Program-made: the position numbers and the translations under genes
Assembly (NCBI GenBank): GCA_050084985.1
Contig: JBITNC010000002.1
Coordinates: forward strand, 18,910,001-18,974,000
Length of the DNA stretch: 64,000 nucleotides
DNA from: Nageia nagi
Taxonomy: Eukaryota > Plantae > Pinophyta
Direction of reading: 5' to 3'
The notes under the pieces: model-generated
Told to the model about the DNA's origin: nothing
Databases searched by the model: none
Seen by the model: only the letters and a program-made list of their open reading frames with translations
In this document: positions 41,101 through 55,500 of the stretch, piece after piece
Position numbering within the stretch: position 1 is the stretch's first letter
Layout: every line of letters begins with the position of its first letter

Positions 41101-42358
41101 TGATTTTTCCATACTATCTTCTTCAACTATAATGGGAGGGATATTTTGATTTGTTGGGATTTTTGCATCTTCACTGTTTGATTCATTCCTTTGATTTACT
41201 ATTTTTCTTAAGCTCTATGTGCTTGCTATTGATATTTCCCTATCTTAAGTACTTTTGTTAGTGGACTCTTTCTATATTAATCCTTATGATTTCTCAACCT
41301 GATGCTTCTTACAGATTCACTCACTTCGACTTTGATATTGAAAATTAATATGCGTTCTAGCAATTTTTCTTCTCTTTAGAGCTTTCTTAAATTTAGGGTT
41401 ATTAGGCTCACAACAAATATACACATTTTCATTGATAGTAACATAAAATATTTTTAGAACGTAGTGTGTGAACAAGACCTTGAATATGTTTGACATTATA
41501 TAAAAATTTATGTAGGTTTGAGAATATTTATTTTCAATCTAAATTAAGAGATGGATATGCTATAAAAAGGTGGACACCAATTTGTTATAATATTTTTAGA
41601 TACCCCTAGGATAACTTTAGGAAACTATGATAAAATATATAATATGTGATCATGTATTATCCTAGTTATTTAACTTAGATAAACATGAGATAATAGAAAA
41701 TAAAAGGAAACAAATAATAACCTAATAACATATGTTACAATGAATTAAAAATTTAGGCTATTGGATCCAAATAAAAATAATAATGATGCACACACTAAAC
41801 AAAAAGGTATCAAGTGAAAGATAAATACATGTACTTTCTTAACTAGGAGAAGTTGATTATATGCAGACAAGAAATTGTTGAATATAAGTGACCTTTATGT
41901 GGAAACCCCATAGAGAACAATAGAAAGAATAATATAATAAATGCTTACAACAACACGAACATGAGGGCCCAAATGACATCTTAGGAATGCATGATAGTGC
42001 ATATGCTATGCATTCAATTGAGTAGATTTTACCATAAAGGATAATCACAACATAATATTAACAAGTTAGGTCAAACATATAGTTGCAAAAAATGCAATAA
42101 TAAATATTCTTGGGGTAACAAGATCCCAATGTCGATAGGTAGAATTAAGAAACACTTAAACTTTCAAGTGGTACTAGTCATCAAGATATCCTCCAATTAC
42201 CCTTTAGGAAGGCTAGTAGTGATGTTGGGTTACCTAGCACAAGAACAAAAATATTACGTGAGAAAGGACTAATAAAATATCATTAATGTGATATGAGATC
42301 AATATAATATAATAGCTAAGTGGTTCCACTTTAGGGTGACCAAAATTATGTGTCAATA
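38200..42358 (-). mobile_element. Second Tat/Ogre-like Ty3/gypsy relic: 5' LTR 41583-42358, PBS 41569-41579, deleted gag-pol, integrase C-terminus, antisense PMD
   Basis: LTR TGTT...GTGTCAATA (776 bp). The minus-strand PBS TGGTGTCCACC is a C>T-decayed TGGCGCCCACC (tRNA-Lys type). Integrase tail TNARHIKPFYA* at ~40406-40441 on -. Confidence 0.65.
38230..38900 (+). pseudogene. Second PMD (plant mobile domain) ORF relic
   Basis: RYAWVSYIMSQFYHNL (38284), LQCCSYEHI (~38387) and VIYRSY (~38644) match PMD YAWG..LA.LY, LQxWxxEH and xWRPY. An acidic low-complexity tail follows. Confidence 0.65.
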
Positions 42359-45300
42359 GGACATTTTATGATTCTACGATAATAAGACAAAATATTTTTA
42401 AACATAAATTACCCATTTATATATAGATGTCCTTTATTATAAATATAAAAAATATAAAATTTCTTAAAGTCATTAAGGTTGGATTCCAAGGAAGATAATA
42501 TCATTCTTTCGTAATTAAATGATTAGGTACTTGTAATTTTTAGAGAATAAGTTTTTGATATGTAATTAGAGAAGAAAATAAAATATTCTAAGTGAGGGGA
42601 CAATGAATATTGAAAACTTACCTCTAAGGGTCAAATGTTGAATAAATATAAATTAATATACTTCAACAGGGTGAATATACAATATCCTCATCTTTATTCC
42701 CAAAAATATTTTTAGAATGGAAAAACTTCATGCTGGAGAAATCTAACAAAAAAAATTGATTTTAAACATGCATTTCATAATTTTATTTATGATCTAACTT
42801 GATGATTTACCTTTTATCTTAGTGATATAGTATTTTGCAAATAGTTTTTGTACTTATTTATTTTAGTATCTTTGGAAAATTTTTATATACCTTTACATTA
42901 TCTATGTTAATAATCTTCTTCTATCATGATTTGATTTACTATTTTTCTTAAGCTCTATGTGCTTGCTATTGAGATTTGCCTATCTTGTTAATAATCTTCT
43001 TCTATCATGATTTGATTTACTATTTTTCTTAAGCTCTATGTGCTCGCTATTGAGATTTGCCTATCTTAAGTACTTTTGTCAGTGGACTCTTTCTATATTA
43101 ATCCTTATGATTTTTCAACCTGATGCTTCTTACGGATTCGCTCACTTTGACTTTGATATTGAAAATTAATATGTGTTCTAGAAATTTTTCTTCTCTTGAG
43201 AGCTTTCTTAAATTTAGGTTTATTAGGCTCACAACAAATATACACATAGTCATTGATAGTAACATAAAATATTTTTAGAACATAGTGTGTGAACAAGACC
43301 TTGAATATGTTTGACATTATATAACATTTATGTAGGTTTGAGAATATTTATTTTCAATCTAAATTAAGATATGGATATGCTATAAAAAGGTGGACACCAA
43401 TTTGTTATAATATTTTTAGATACCCTAGGATAACTTGATAGGAAACTATGATAAAATATATAATATGTGATCATGTATTATCCTAGTTATCAACTTAGAT
43501 AAACATGAGATAATAGAAAATAAAAGGAAACAAATAATAACCTAATAACATATGTTACAATGAATTAAAAATTTAGGCTATTGGATCCAAATAAAAATAA
43601 TAATGATGCACACACTAAACAAAAGGAATCGAGTGAAAGATAAATAAATGAACTATCTTACCTAGGAGAAGTTGATTATATGCAGACAAGAAATTGTTGA
43701 ATATAAGTGACCTTTATGTAGAAACCCCATAGATCATACTAGAAAGAATAATATAATAAATGCTTGCAACAACACGAACATGAGGGCCCAAATGACATCT
43801 TAGGAATGCATGATAGCGCATATGCTATCCATTCAATCGAGTAGATTTTACCATAAAGGATAATCACAACATAATATTAACAAGTTACGTCAAACATATA
43901 GTTGCAAAAAATGCAATAATAAATATTCTTGGGGTAACAAGATCCCAATGTCAGTAGGTAGAATTAAGAAACACTTAAACTTTCAAGTGGTACTAGTTAT
44001 CAAGATATCCTCCAATTACCCTTTAGGAAGGCTAGTAGCGATGTTGGGTTACCTAGCACAAGAATAAAAAGATTACATGAGAAAGGACTAATAAAATATC
44101 ATTAATGTGATATGAGATCAATATAATATAATAGCTAAGTGGTTCCACTTTAGAATGACCAAAATTATGTGTCAATAGGACCTTTTATGATTCTACGATA
44201 ATAAGACAAAATATTTTTAAACATAAATTACCCATTTATATATAGATGTCCTTTATTATCAATATAAAAAATATAAAATTTCTTAAAGTCATTAAGGTTG
44301 GATTCCAAGGAAGATAATATCATTCTTTCGTAATTAAATGATTAGGTACTTGTAATTTTTAGAGATAAGTTTTTGATATGTAATTAGAGAAGAAAATAAA
44401 ATATTCTAAGTGAGGGGACAATGAATATTGAAAACTTACCTCTAAGGGTCAAATGTTGAATAAATATAAATTAATATACTTCAACAGGGTGAATATACAA
44501 TATCCTCATCTTTATTCCCAAAAATATTTTTAGAATGGAAAAACTTCATGCTGGAGAAATCTAACAAAAAAAATTGATTTTAAACATGCATTTCATAATT
44601 TTATTTATGATCTAACTTGATGATTTACCTTTTATCTTAGTGATATATTATTTTGCAAATAGTTTTTGTACTTATTTATTTTAGTATCTTTGGAAAAATT
44701 TTATATACCTTTACATTATCTATGTTAATAATCTTCTTCTATTATGATTTGATTTACTATTTTTCTTAAGCTCTATGTGCTTGCTATTGAGATTTGCCTA
44801 TCTTGTTAATAATATTCTTCTATCATGATTTGATTTACTATTTTCTTAAGCTCTATGTGCTCGCTATTGAGATTTGCCTATCTTAAGTACTTTTGTCAGT
44901 GGACTCTTTCTATATTAATCCTTATGATTTTTCAACCTGATGCTTCTTACGGATTCGCTCACTTTGACTTTGATATTGAAAATTAATATGTGTTCTAGAA
45001 ATTTTTCTTCTCTTGAGAGCTTTCTTAAATTTAGGTTTATTAGGCTCACAACAAATATACACATTGTCATTGATAGTAACATAAAATATTTTTAGAACAT
45101 AGTGTGTGAACAAGACCTTGAATATGTTTGACATTATATAACATTTATGTAGGTTTGAGAATATTTATTTTCGATCTAAATTAAGATATGGATATGCTAT
45201 AAAAAGGTGGACACCAATTTGTTATAATATTTTTAGATACCCCTAGGATAACTTGATAGGAAACTATGATAAAATATATAATATGTGATCATGTATTATC

Positions 45301-48300
45301 CTAGTTATCAACTTAGATAAACATGAGATAATAGAAAATAAAAGGAAAAAAATAATAACCTAATAACATATGTTACAATGAATTAAAAATTTAGGCTATT
45401 GGATCCAAATAAAAATAATAATGATGCACACACTAAACAAAAAGGAATCGAGTGAAAGATAAAATAAATGTACTATCTTACCTAGGAGAAGTTGATTATA
45501 TGCAGACAAGAAATTGTTGAATATAAGTGACCTTTATGTAGAAACCCCATAGATCATAATAGAAAGAATAATATAATAAATGCTTGCAACAACACGAACA
45601 TGAGGGCCCAAATGACATCTTAGGAATGCATGATAGCGCATATGATATCCATTCAATCGAGTAGATTTTACCATAAAGGATAATCACAACATAATATTAA
45701 CAAGTTAGGTCAAACATATAGTTGCAAAAAATGCAATAATAAATATTCTTGGGGTAACAAGATCCCAATGTCAGTAGGTAGAATTAAGAAACACTTAAAC
45801 TTTCAAGTGGTACTAGTTATCAAGATATCCTCCAATTACCCTTTAGGAAGGCTAGTAGCGATGTTGGGTTACCTAGCACAAGAATAAAAAGATTAAATGA
45901 GAAAGGACTAAGAAAATATCATTAATGTGATATGAGATCAATATAATATAATAGCTAAGTGGTTCCACTTTAGGGTGACAAAATTAGGTGTCAATAGGAC
46001 CTTTTATGATTCTATGATAATAAGATAAAATATTTTTAAACATAAATTACCCATTTATATATATATGTCCTTTATGATCAATATGAAAAATATAAAATTT
46101 CTTAAAGTCATTAAGGTTGGATGCCAAGGAAGATAATATCATTCTTTCGTAATTGAATGATTAGGTACTTGTAATTTTTAGAGAATAAGTTTTGGATATG
46201 TAATTAGTGAAGAAAATAATATATTCTAAGTGAGGGGACAATGAATATTGAAAACTTACCTCTAAGGGTCAAATGTTGAATAAATATAAATTAATATACT
46301 TCAATAGGGTGAATATAAAATATCCTCATCTTTATTCCCAAAAATATTTTTAGAATGGAAAAACTTCATGCAAGAGAACTCTAACAAAAAAAATTGATTT
46401 TAAACATGCCTTTCATAATTTTATTTATGATCTAACTTGATGATTTACCTTTTATCTTAGTGATATAGTATTTTGTAAATAGTTTTTGTACTTATTTATT
46501 TTAGTATCTTTGGAAAATTTATATATAATTTTACATTATCTATGTTAATAATCTTCTTCTATCATAATTTGATTTACTATTTTTCTTAAGCTCTATGTGC
46601 TTGCTATTGAGATTTCCCTATCTTAAGTACTAGTGGACTCTTTCTATATTAATCCTTATGATTTCTCAACCTGATGCTTCTTACAGATTCACTCACTTCG
46701 ACTTTGATATTGAAAATTAATATGCGTTCTAGCAATTTTTCTTCTCTTTAGAGCTTTCTTAAATTTAGGGTTATTAGGCTCACAACAAATATACACATTT
46801 TCATTGATAGTAACATTAAATATTTTTAGAACGTAGTGTGTGAACAAGACCTTGAATATGTTTGACATTATATAAAAATTTATGTAGGTTTGAGAATATT
46901 TATTTTCAATCTAAATTAAGAGATGGATATGCTATAAAAAGGTGGACACCAATTTGTTATAATATTTTTAGATACCCCTAGGATAACTTTAGGAAACTAT
47001 GATAAAATATATAATATGTGATCATGTATTATCCTAGTTATTTAACTTAGATAAACATGAGATAATAGAAAATAAAAGGAAACAAATAATAACCTAATAA
47101 CATATGTTACAATGAATTAAAAATTTAGGCTATTGGATCCAAATAAAAATAATAATGATGCACACACTAAACAAAAAGGTATCAAGTGAAAGATAAATAC
47201 ATGTACTTTCTTAACTAGGAGAAGTTGATTATATGCAGACAAGAAATTGTTGAATATAAGTGACCTTTATGTCGAAACCCCATAGAGCACAATAGAAAGA
47301 ATAATATAATAAATGCTTACAACAACACGAACATGAGGGCCCAAATGACATCTTAGGAATGCATGATAGTGCATATGCTATGCATTCAATTGAGTAGATT
47401 TTACCATAAAGGATAATCACAACATAATATTAACAAGTTAGGTCAAACATATAGCTGCAAAAAATGCAATAATAAATATTCTTGGGGTAACAAGATCCCA
47501 ATGTCTATAGGCAGCATTAAAAAACACTTAAACTTTCAAGTGGTACTAGTTCTCAAGATATCCTCCAATTACCCTTTAGGAAGGCTAGTAGCGACGTTGG
47601 GTTACCTAGCACAAGAATAAAAAGATTACATGAGAAAGGACTAATAAAATATCATTAATGGGATATGAGATCAATATAATATAATAGCTAAGTGGTTCCA
47701 CTTTAGGGTGACCAAAATTATGTGTCAATAGGACCTTTTATGATTCTACGATAATAAGATAAAATATTTTTAAACATAAATTACCCATTTATATATATAT
47801 GTCCTTTATGATCAATATGGAAAATATAAAATTTCTTAAAGTCATTAAGGTTGGATGCCAAGGAAGATAATATCATTCTTTCGTAATTGAATGATTAGGT
47901 ACTTTAATTTTTAGAGAATAAGTTTTGGATATGTAATTAGTGAAGAAAATAAAATATTCTAAGTGAGGGGACAATGAATATTGAAAACTTACCTCTAAGG
48001 GTCAAATGTTGAATAAATATAAATTAATATACTTCAACAGGGTGAATATACAATATCCTCATCTTTATTCCCAAAAATATTTTTAGAATGGAAAAACTTC
48101 ATGCTGGAGAAATCTAACAAAAAAAATTGATTTTAAACATGCATTTCATAATTTTATTTATGATCTAACTTGATGATTTACCTTTTATCTTAGTGATATA
48201 GTATTTTGCAAATAGTTTTTGTACTTATTTATTTTAGTATCTTTGGAAAATTTTTATATACTTTTACATTATGTATGTTAATAATCTTCTTCTATCATGA

Positions 48301-50048
48301 TTTGATTTACTATTTTTCTTAAGCTCTATGTGCTTGCTATTGAGATTTCCCTATCTTAAGTACTTTTTTCAGTGGACTCTTTCTATATTAATCCTTATGA
48401 TTTTTCAACCTGATGCTTCTTACGAATTCGCTCACTTCGACTTTGATATTGAAAATTAATATGTGTTCTAGCAATTTTTCTTCTCTTGAGAGCTTTCTTA
48501 AATTTAGGTTTATTAGGCTCACAACAAATATACACATTTTCATTGATAGTAACATAAAATATTTTTAGAACATAGTGTGTGAACAAGACCTTGACTATGT
48601 TTAACATTATATAAAATTTTATGTAGGTTTGAGAATATTTATTTTCAATCTAAATTAAGAGATGGATATGCTACAAAAAGGTGGACACCAATTTGTTATA
48701 ATATTTTTAGATACCCCTAGGATAACTTGATAGGAAACTATGATAAAATATATAATATGTGATCATGTATTATCCTAGTTATTTAACTTAGATAAACATG
48801 AGATAATAGAAAATAAAAGGAAACAAATAATAACCTAATAACATACGTTACAATGAATTAAAAATTTAGGCTATTGGATCCAAATAAAAATAATAATGAT
48901 GCGTACACTAAACAAAAAGGGATCGAGTGAAAGATAAATACATTTACTATCTTACCTAGGAGAAGTTGATTATATGTAGACAAGAAATTGTTGAGTATAA
49001 GTGACTTTTATGTGGAAACCCCATAGAGCACAATAGAAAGAATAATGTAATAAATGCTTGTAACAACACGAACATGAGGGCCCAAATGACATCTCAAGAA
49101 TGCATGATAGCACATATGCTATCCGTTCAATCGAGTAGATTTTACCATAAAGGATAATCACAACATAATATTAACAAGTTAGGTCAAACATATAGTTGCA
49201 AAAAATGCAATAATAAATATTCTTGGGGTAACAAGATCCCAATGTCTGTAGGCAGCATTAAGAAACACTTGAACTTTCAAGTGGTACTAGTTATAAAGAT
49301 ATCCTCCATTTACCCTTTCGGAAGGCTAGTAGCGACGTTGGGTTACCTAGCACAAGAATAAAAAGATTACATGAGAAAGGACTAATAAAATATCATTAAT
49401 GTGATATGAGATCAATATAATATAATAGCTAAGTGGTTCCACTTTAGGGTGACCAAAATTAGGTGTCAATAGGACCTTTTATGATTCTATGATAATAATA
49501 TATAATATTTTTAAACATAAATTACCCATTTATATATAGATGTCCTTTATGATCAATATGAAAAATATAAAATTTCTTAAAGTCATTAAGGTTGGATGCC
49601 AAGGAAGATAATATCATTCTTTCGTAATTGAATGATTAGGTACTTGTAATTTTTAGAGAATAAGTTTTGGATATGTAATTAGAGAAGAAAATAAAATATT
49701 CTAAGTGAGGGGACAATGAATATTGAAAACTTACCTCTAAGGGTCAAATGTTGAATAAATATAAATTAATAAACTTCAACAGGGTGAATATACAATATCC
49801 TCATCTTTATTCCCAAAAATATTTTTAGAATGAAAAAACTTCATGCAAGAGAACTCTAACAAAAAAATTGATTTTAAACATGCATTTGATAATTTTATTT
49901 ATGATCTAACTTGATGATTTACCTTTTATCTTAGTGATATCGTATTTTGCAAATAGTTTTTGTACTTATTTATTTTAGTATCTTTGGAAATTTTATATAT
50001 ACTTTTACATTATCTATTTTAATAATCTACTTCTGTCATGATTTGATT
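41190..50048. repeat. Tandem array of five ~1.73-1.82 kb units (starts ~41190, 42930, 44748, 46568, 48301)
   Basis: Near-identical units, with the same spurious ORFs recurring in the ORF track. Bounded by TTTGATT microhomology (41190-41196 / 50042-50048). An 81-bp duplication sits at the unit 1/2 and 2/3 junctions. Confidence 0.97.
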
Positions 50049-51149
50049 ATCTATGATAGCTTGATGACTTGACTATTAATGATATGATGAACTAGCAACC
50101 ATATATGTAATGTTGTTATATCTTTTGACTCAAATATCACCATTTGGTTAAGTCAATCAATTAACCATGAGTTCTTTAATATTATACATGATATTGTAAT
50201 TATTATATATTTGATAGAATGTGAAACTAAGATATTTTTTGAGTTTCATGGTGGCAACTTCAAGATAAATAGAATCATGTTTAACTATTATTACTATAGG
50301 ATAAAGAAATTTAAAAATATTCAAGAGAATGAAATTAATCATTATAGTTACATTATATGTAGAACCTTGAAAAATATAGACTAGCTAAAAAATATTAGTG
50401 GAAGACTTAAGGTCACTTCGATGTTTATAAAGGAGAACCTCTTCTTTGTTGATGCTTATTTCAATATTTTTTGCAGTTTATTATATATCACAAATGGAAC
50501 CCCTTCTCCAAACATAGCATACCCAACCACTTTTGGACTTCTATTATTTGATAGTTTGGATTAGGCTATAGCAAGATACTATTTTTCTTATTCTAAATGA
50601 TGATGTTATGAAAATTACAAATTGCAAATAATATTATTGAATTATTTTCAAGCAATTATAATATCAAAAATAGAAGCTAGAGTACTATGAAAACATCATT
50701 GATACATAATATAATATTTATCATATCCACATAAGATTATTTATTTTAATAATAATGATTACCAAATTAAAAACTTAAACAAGTAGATGGATAGTACCAT
50801 GAAAGAACTTGTAAGCTTGGTAACCTAAATGACATAGACATAACATTCATTTTCTCTTTATTTTTCCATTTTACAAAGATATTAGATAAAACTATAGTAA
50901 TATCTAAAAGCATAATCTTATTTATGAATTAAATCATCGTATCACATTCTTCTACTGTTCTCTGATTCCTAAATATAAGTAATAAATATTTTAAAACTAC
51001 ATAATTCTCGTAGATAAATTTTTAATAAAATTAAAATATTGAAATTTTCTTCCAAAAAAACTTGTAATTGCTCCACGTCACTACATAGTGATGCAAATTT
51101 ATTTTTGAAAAGCCTGCCACCGGATAAAAAGATGCCAGTATTTATTTCT

Positions 51150-52125
51150 TACAGAGTAGAATTTAATTCGTAGATTTCGAAAACGTGCAAGAAAGAATGG
51201 ATAACTGTGTGCTTGTTGGATTTGTTTCCTTTCATCCTATTATCTTTCTACAGTTATTCTTGGAGAGTATTAAATAGATTGTCAATTACTATTATATACT
51301 ATTTTATGGCACAAGAAGCTATCGACCTTGGAGAGTATTAAATAGATTGTCAATTACTTCAAACTATTGTGAGCGTAAATTCCTCCACTCAACTTCAATG
51401 CTCAAATTGAATCCATTAAAAATTCGATTAATAAATTCATATTCGTTGGTAATATATAATGATTGAAACCTTTAAATTTGAATTTGCAATGGCTTACGTG
51501 AAATAATTGAATGCTTCTATTCATCCCAAAGTAGTTGCAGAGACAGCAATTGGAGCTGCTTAAGTCAAAGACGTATTAAGTTGCAATTTATATCAGACAT
51601 AGGCATGTAGAAAATGGTCTCTTTGCCAACGTGGAAAGTTCTCTACCCAGCTGGAGAGTTCGTTACAGTATAGTTCTAGTGGACCAACTACAATGTTTGA
51701 TAGAGAGGTCTTGATAATTCACGAAACTACCATTCTTGCAACTATTGGATGGTATAGATAAGGAGTATGGAACTAGCTAACGGATATGATCACTCGCAAA
51801 ATAGAAGCTTCCGGCCTCCTCAGTGTAAAGGATACGTTATTGTTAGTTTTGAGCTTCAACATGTCATTGGTTGCTGTTAGTCTAGTTGACATAGTTGTAT
51901 CAGTAAATTGTCTAGGGAGATAGAGATATGAATATTGGCAGACCACATACTATTCCTAAGGTTTCTTGGAAATGAAGTTTACGTTTAGTTTTGCATCGTT
52001 TTCAAAACTGTGTGTTTTTCGATTTATTTCATCCTTCCTCATTGATGGGCTATTCAAGCGAATAAAGTACGGCCTACCCATTGCGGACTGCTTGAAGGTA
52101 TTGAAGAATAAGATACTTCTACTAA
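51150..52125. other. CpG-retaining, apparently non-coding island, paralogue 2
   Basis: Colinear with 27570-28495. Contains several ACGT cores, has CCACGTCA just upstream (51073-51080), and carries an internal ~32-bp duplication (51259/51327). Confidence 0.75.
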
Positions 52126-52418
52126 GGTTACGGAAATGAGAAAAAAAAGTAGGTCAATCGTATCTATGAAATAGGTGGTTTGAAAGAAAGAAAGTTTAGT
52201 AATGTTCATAGGAGATTAAGAATATTAACTATCTATGGGATAATTGTATGGGTAAATGTTAACTGTCTTGTATGTTGTGGCGTACATCTCACACTTAGAA
52301 TCAATCGAATCTAAGATGTTTTCAAACTATACAAAACACCTTACCAATGCAACAAAACATGTAATATAAACAATTAAGAAATACAGTTAGTCAAGTTGAG
52401 TCAAACACAACTCACAAG

Positions 52419-52530
52419 ATAGTTCTCTACCGAATTGTATGGGGAGTACAATGTATGTCATGAATCAGGAAATAATAGTTCTCTACCGAATTGTATGGGG
52501 AGTACAATGTATGTCATGAATCAGGAAATA
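52419..52530. repeat. Perfect 56-bp tandem duplication
   Basis: ATAGTTCTCTACCGAATTG...CAGGAAATA occurs twice (52419 and 52475). Confidence 0.9.
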
Positions 52531-55500
52531 ACAAGGTCCACATGTAACCAACTCAACTTACAGTTGTACTCCTCTTAAACAAGTTCACTTTGGAAGCAAG
52601 GCTTAATTTTACCATAGAGATACAATAGCACAATAGTTTAGAATAATGAAACATAATAAGTTATTATAAAATGAAATAATGAAATTAAAATAAGATATTT
52701 AGTTGAATTGGTTGAGGAATTTACTTTGCATTAGTGATTTTTTGAAGGATACAATTTTAAAATCTTAATCCACATTTATTATATTGAATGTTTATTGGAA
52801 TATTTACTTTGAAGATTTTGTTTTAATTTTTTAAGTAATTTGATATTTTAGAAGGTTGTAAAATTTATGATCCTTTACAATTTTATAATTCATTGATGTA
52901 CTATGAATTCTTTAGGATTACTAATATAAGATTTCAATTTTATTATATGTTAGAGTTTTATTATACTATAATAGCTCTTGAAGTAGTTTATACTTTATTG
53001 TATGAAGGGAAACATAATTCATGAGTAGGTACATCTTGAGCTACTTGTAAGATGGGGATAATTGGGGACTCAAATGTCCAAATGTATTTAAAACAATGAT
53101 TGTCTTATATAATATGAACATTAACAATTATATATTTAAATACACATCAAATGTATTGAATTACATATTTAAAATAATGAATGCATTGTATAATATTAAA
53201 TTATATATAAATTTAAAATAACCAATGTATTTAAATATATTAAATTATATACAACTAATATAGCTATGTCAGGATATTATAAAATTTATATTTAAAATAA
53301 GTAATAGAGTCGATTGTTAGTAATGGACATATAGATAGACCGACAGTTTGGCTCCCCACCCTATGGTTGCCATTGTAGTTACGTCTCTCTATGTAAAAAA
53401 TAAAATATTGATGAGAGGTTAAGCCTTAAATGGGTATCTTCACCATATTCTAATGCTCAAATGAGACACCAACATTTCAAGTGGTTAAACATCAATAACA
53501 TGCATACAATGAGGTAGAACTTTCAATAGGCACACCAAGTTCCACTATATCATGTAAAAAACACTACACAATTTATTAGACAATAGGTTGTTTTAATATC
53601 AATGGTTTGTTTCACCTATCCATGTATACAATCGAATGATGTACATAAAATATAAGCAATATATGGCCTAACTCCATATAAATAATGATGTCTTACATAA
53701 ACATAAGGTCAACAATAATCCTAACTTAACATCCAACTTCTAAAGCAAATACAATATTATTTTTCAAAGTGAAGGTACCATCATCCCAATACCATATTGA
53801 TGATAGCTTCCCTTGAAGCCTCATACATCTCTATTATTTCATCAATTGGTCTATGTTGCACCAAGTATTCATTATACCTTTATAAAAATGAGAGCCTTTT
53901 TCCCTCCCTTAATCATTACCATAAGTGCACAATTAATGTGGTTTATTTGTCCATGAGTCCTCATTTTTACATTATTTGAAGACTTCATAAGAACCTCATC
54001 CAACATATGGCTATTATAATCAAGTAGAGCCTCTCTAAGATGATCCATATCAATACTATCATTAATGTAAAAATTATATTTTTTACCATCATCTCTCTCA
54101 TTCCTAATATTCTCACCATGATGTTCACCATGTAACCATGAGATATATCATTCATATGAGAATTACTATTCCCACTATCATCTCTCCCATGGCTATTATG
54201 CTTACCATGATTTCTATCATGAGGGAAATTTATTTTCTTAATATTAATGTTGAAATGTTTAATTTAGTGGGTGAAGGAATTTCAATCTACACACCATCTT
54301 CTACACCATGTAGAAATGGAAAAAAGTTAAGAAGAACATTTAGACCTCCATCATTGCATCCTCCATTCTAACATGCAACATGTGGTTGAGATATTTGTAT
54401 CTAATGTGCTTCTTCCTGGAATAAGAGATCTAATCAAAATTTGGTTGATGGATCATTCATGTGTGCATAGTCACAGTTGCAAAAATGGATTCATGAGATT
54501 AATAAATAAATCATTCTAATTCATAAGCAAAGAGTAAGAGAAATTATTTGCAATTATCCAAGCCTTCATGGTTTTATTAGGGATCCTCGACATCTAAACT
54601 AATTATTGTAATATGGTAAATAGTACAACATTTTTGAGGTGCATTTATTCAACCCACTAAATACCATAACACATCTCTATGGTGCATGGCAGTGTTGGGT
54701 ACCATAAATGCACTTAACCAACACATTTGATATGTGAAGATCTAAAAAATATAATATATATCTAAAGAAGTGAGTTACATTTATTATTATATTATATTCA
54801 TTTAGCAATAGATATAGTAAGAGACATTATCTCTACAACTCTTATTTGAGGATATGTCATGTGTTTTCATTATTAGGAATATTTTTATGAGAAAACACAT
54901 GTATATATTTTGATAAAGGATTTGGAGAAATTACAAGATCATATTTGGCTATTTGATGGTATTTTAAGTAGGTGAGTACTTATTAGCTTCTCATTTTATG
55001 CAATTATTTTGTATACTTTCATGGTTGTCCCAAATTGCCCCTTTTTCGAATTAGTTTTCTTCTAAAGGATATAACTTTCATTCTAGACCTCCTTTTAATG
55101 TGATTCTTTTTAAATTGCATATCTAGTTTTAATCCATTTCCAACCATATATAGTATTCCATAAATTTTTAGAATACCGCACTCAAAGTTTATAATATTTC
55201 TAATTTGCACTTATGTATTCCTAATTTGTAAGATCCCTGAAGTTCACCCATCTATTTTACTCTATTACTTTATATGCTTTCATTAATTCACCATTAGATG
55301 AAGCATTTCATTTGATTTATAATAGTATATAGCACTTTTATATTTTGATAAATATTGATCAATTTAAATCATTTTTTATCATATTTAACCAATTTCCTCT
55401 CTATATTGGGCCCAACATTTTTATCTATATTAGAGTTTGAATTTCTACCTTTATTTTTATCCTAGACCAAAAAAGTGAATTGCTAATATAAAATCGTAAA

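Noticed and set aside
41857-49161. Repeated 63-aa and 70-aa ORFs as a tandem small-gene cluster
   Set aside because: They arise only from the DNA repeat (LTR and leader sequence); some have non-ATG starts and some units are disrupted.
51623-51644. Resemblance to a miR399 target-mimic (IPS1-like) motif on the minus strand
   Set aside because: The bulge falls in the seed region rather than opposite positions 10-11, and the match is weaker in paralogue 1.
51513-51760. Possible pre-miRNA hairpin (GTAGTTGCA / TGCAACTA arms) in island 2
   Set aside because: The stem is short and gapped, the 5' arm is absent from paralogue 1, and I recognise no known miRNA; folding software would be needed.
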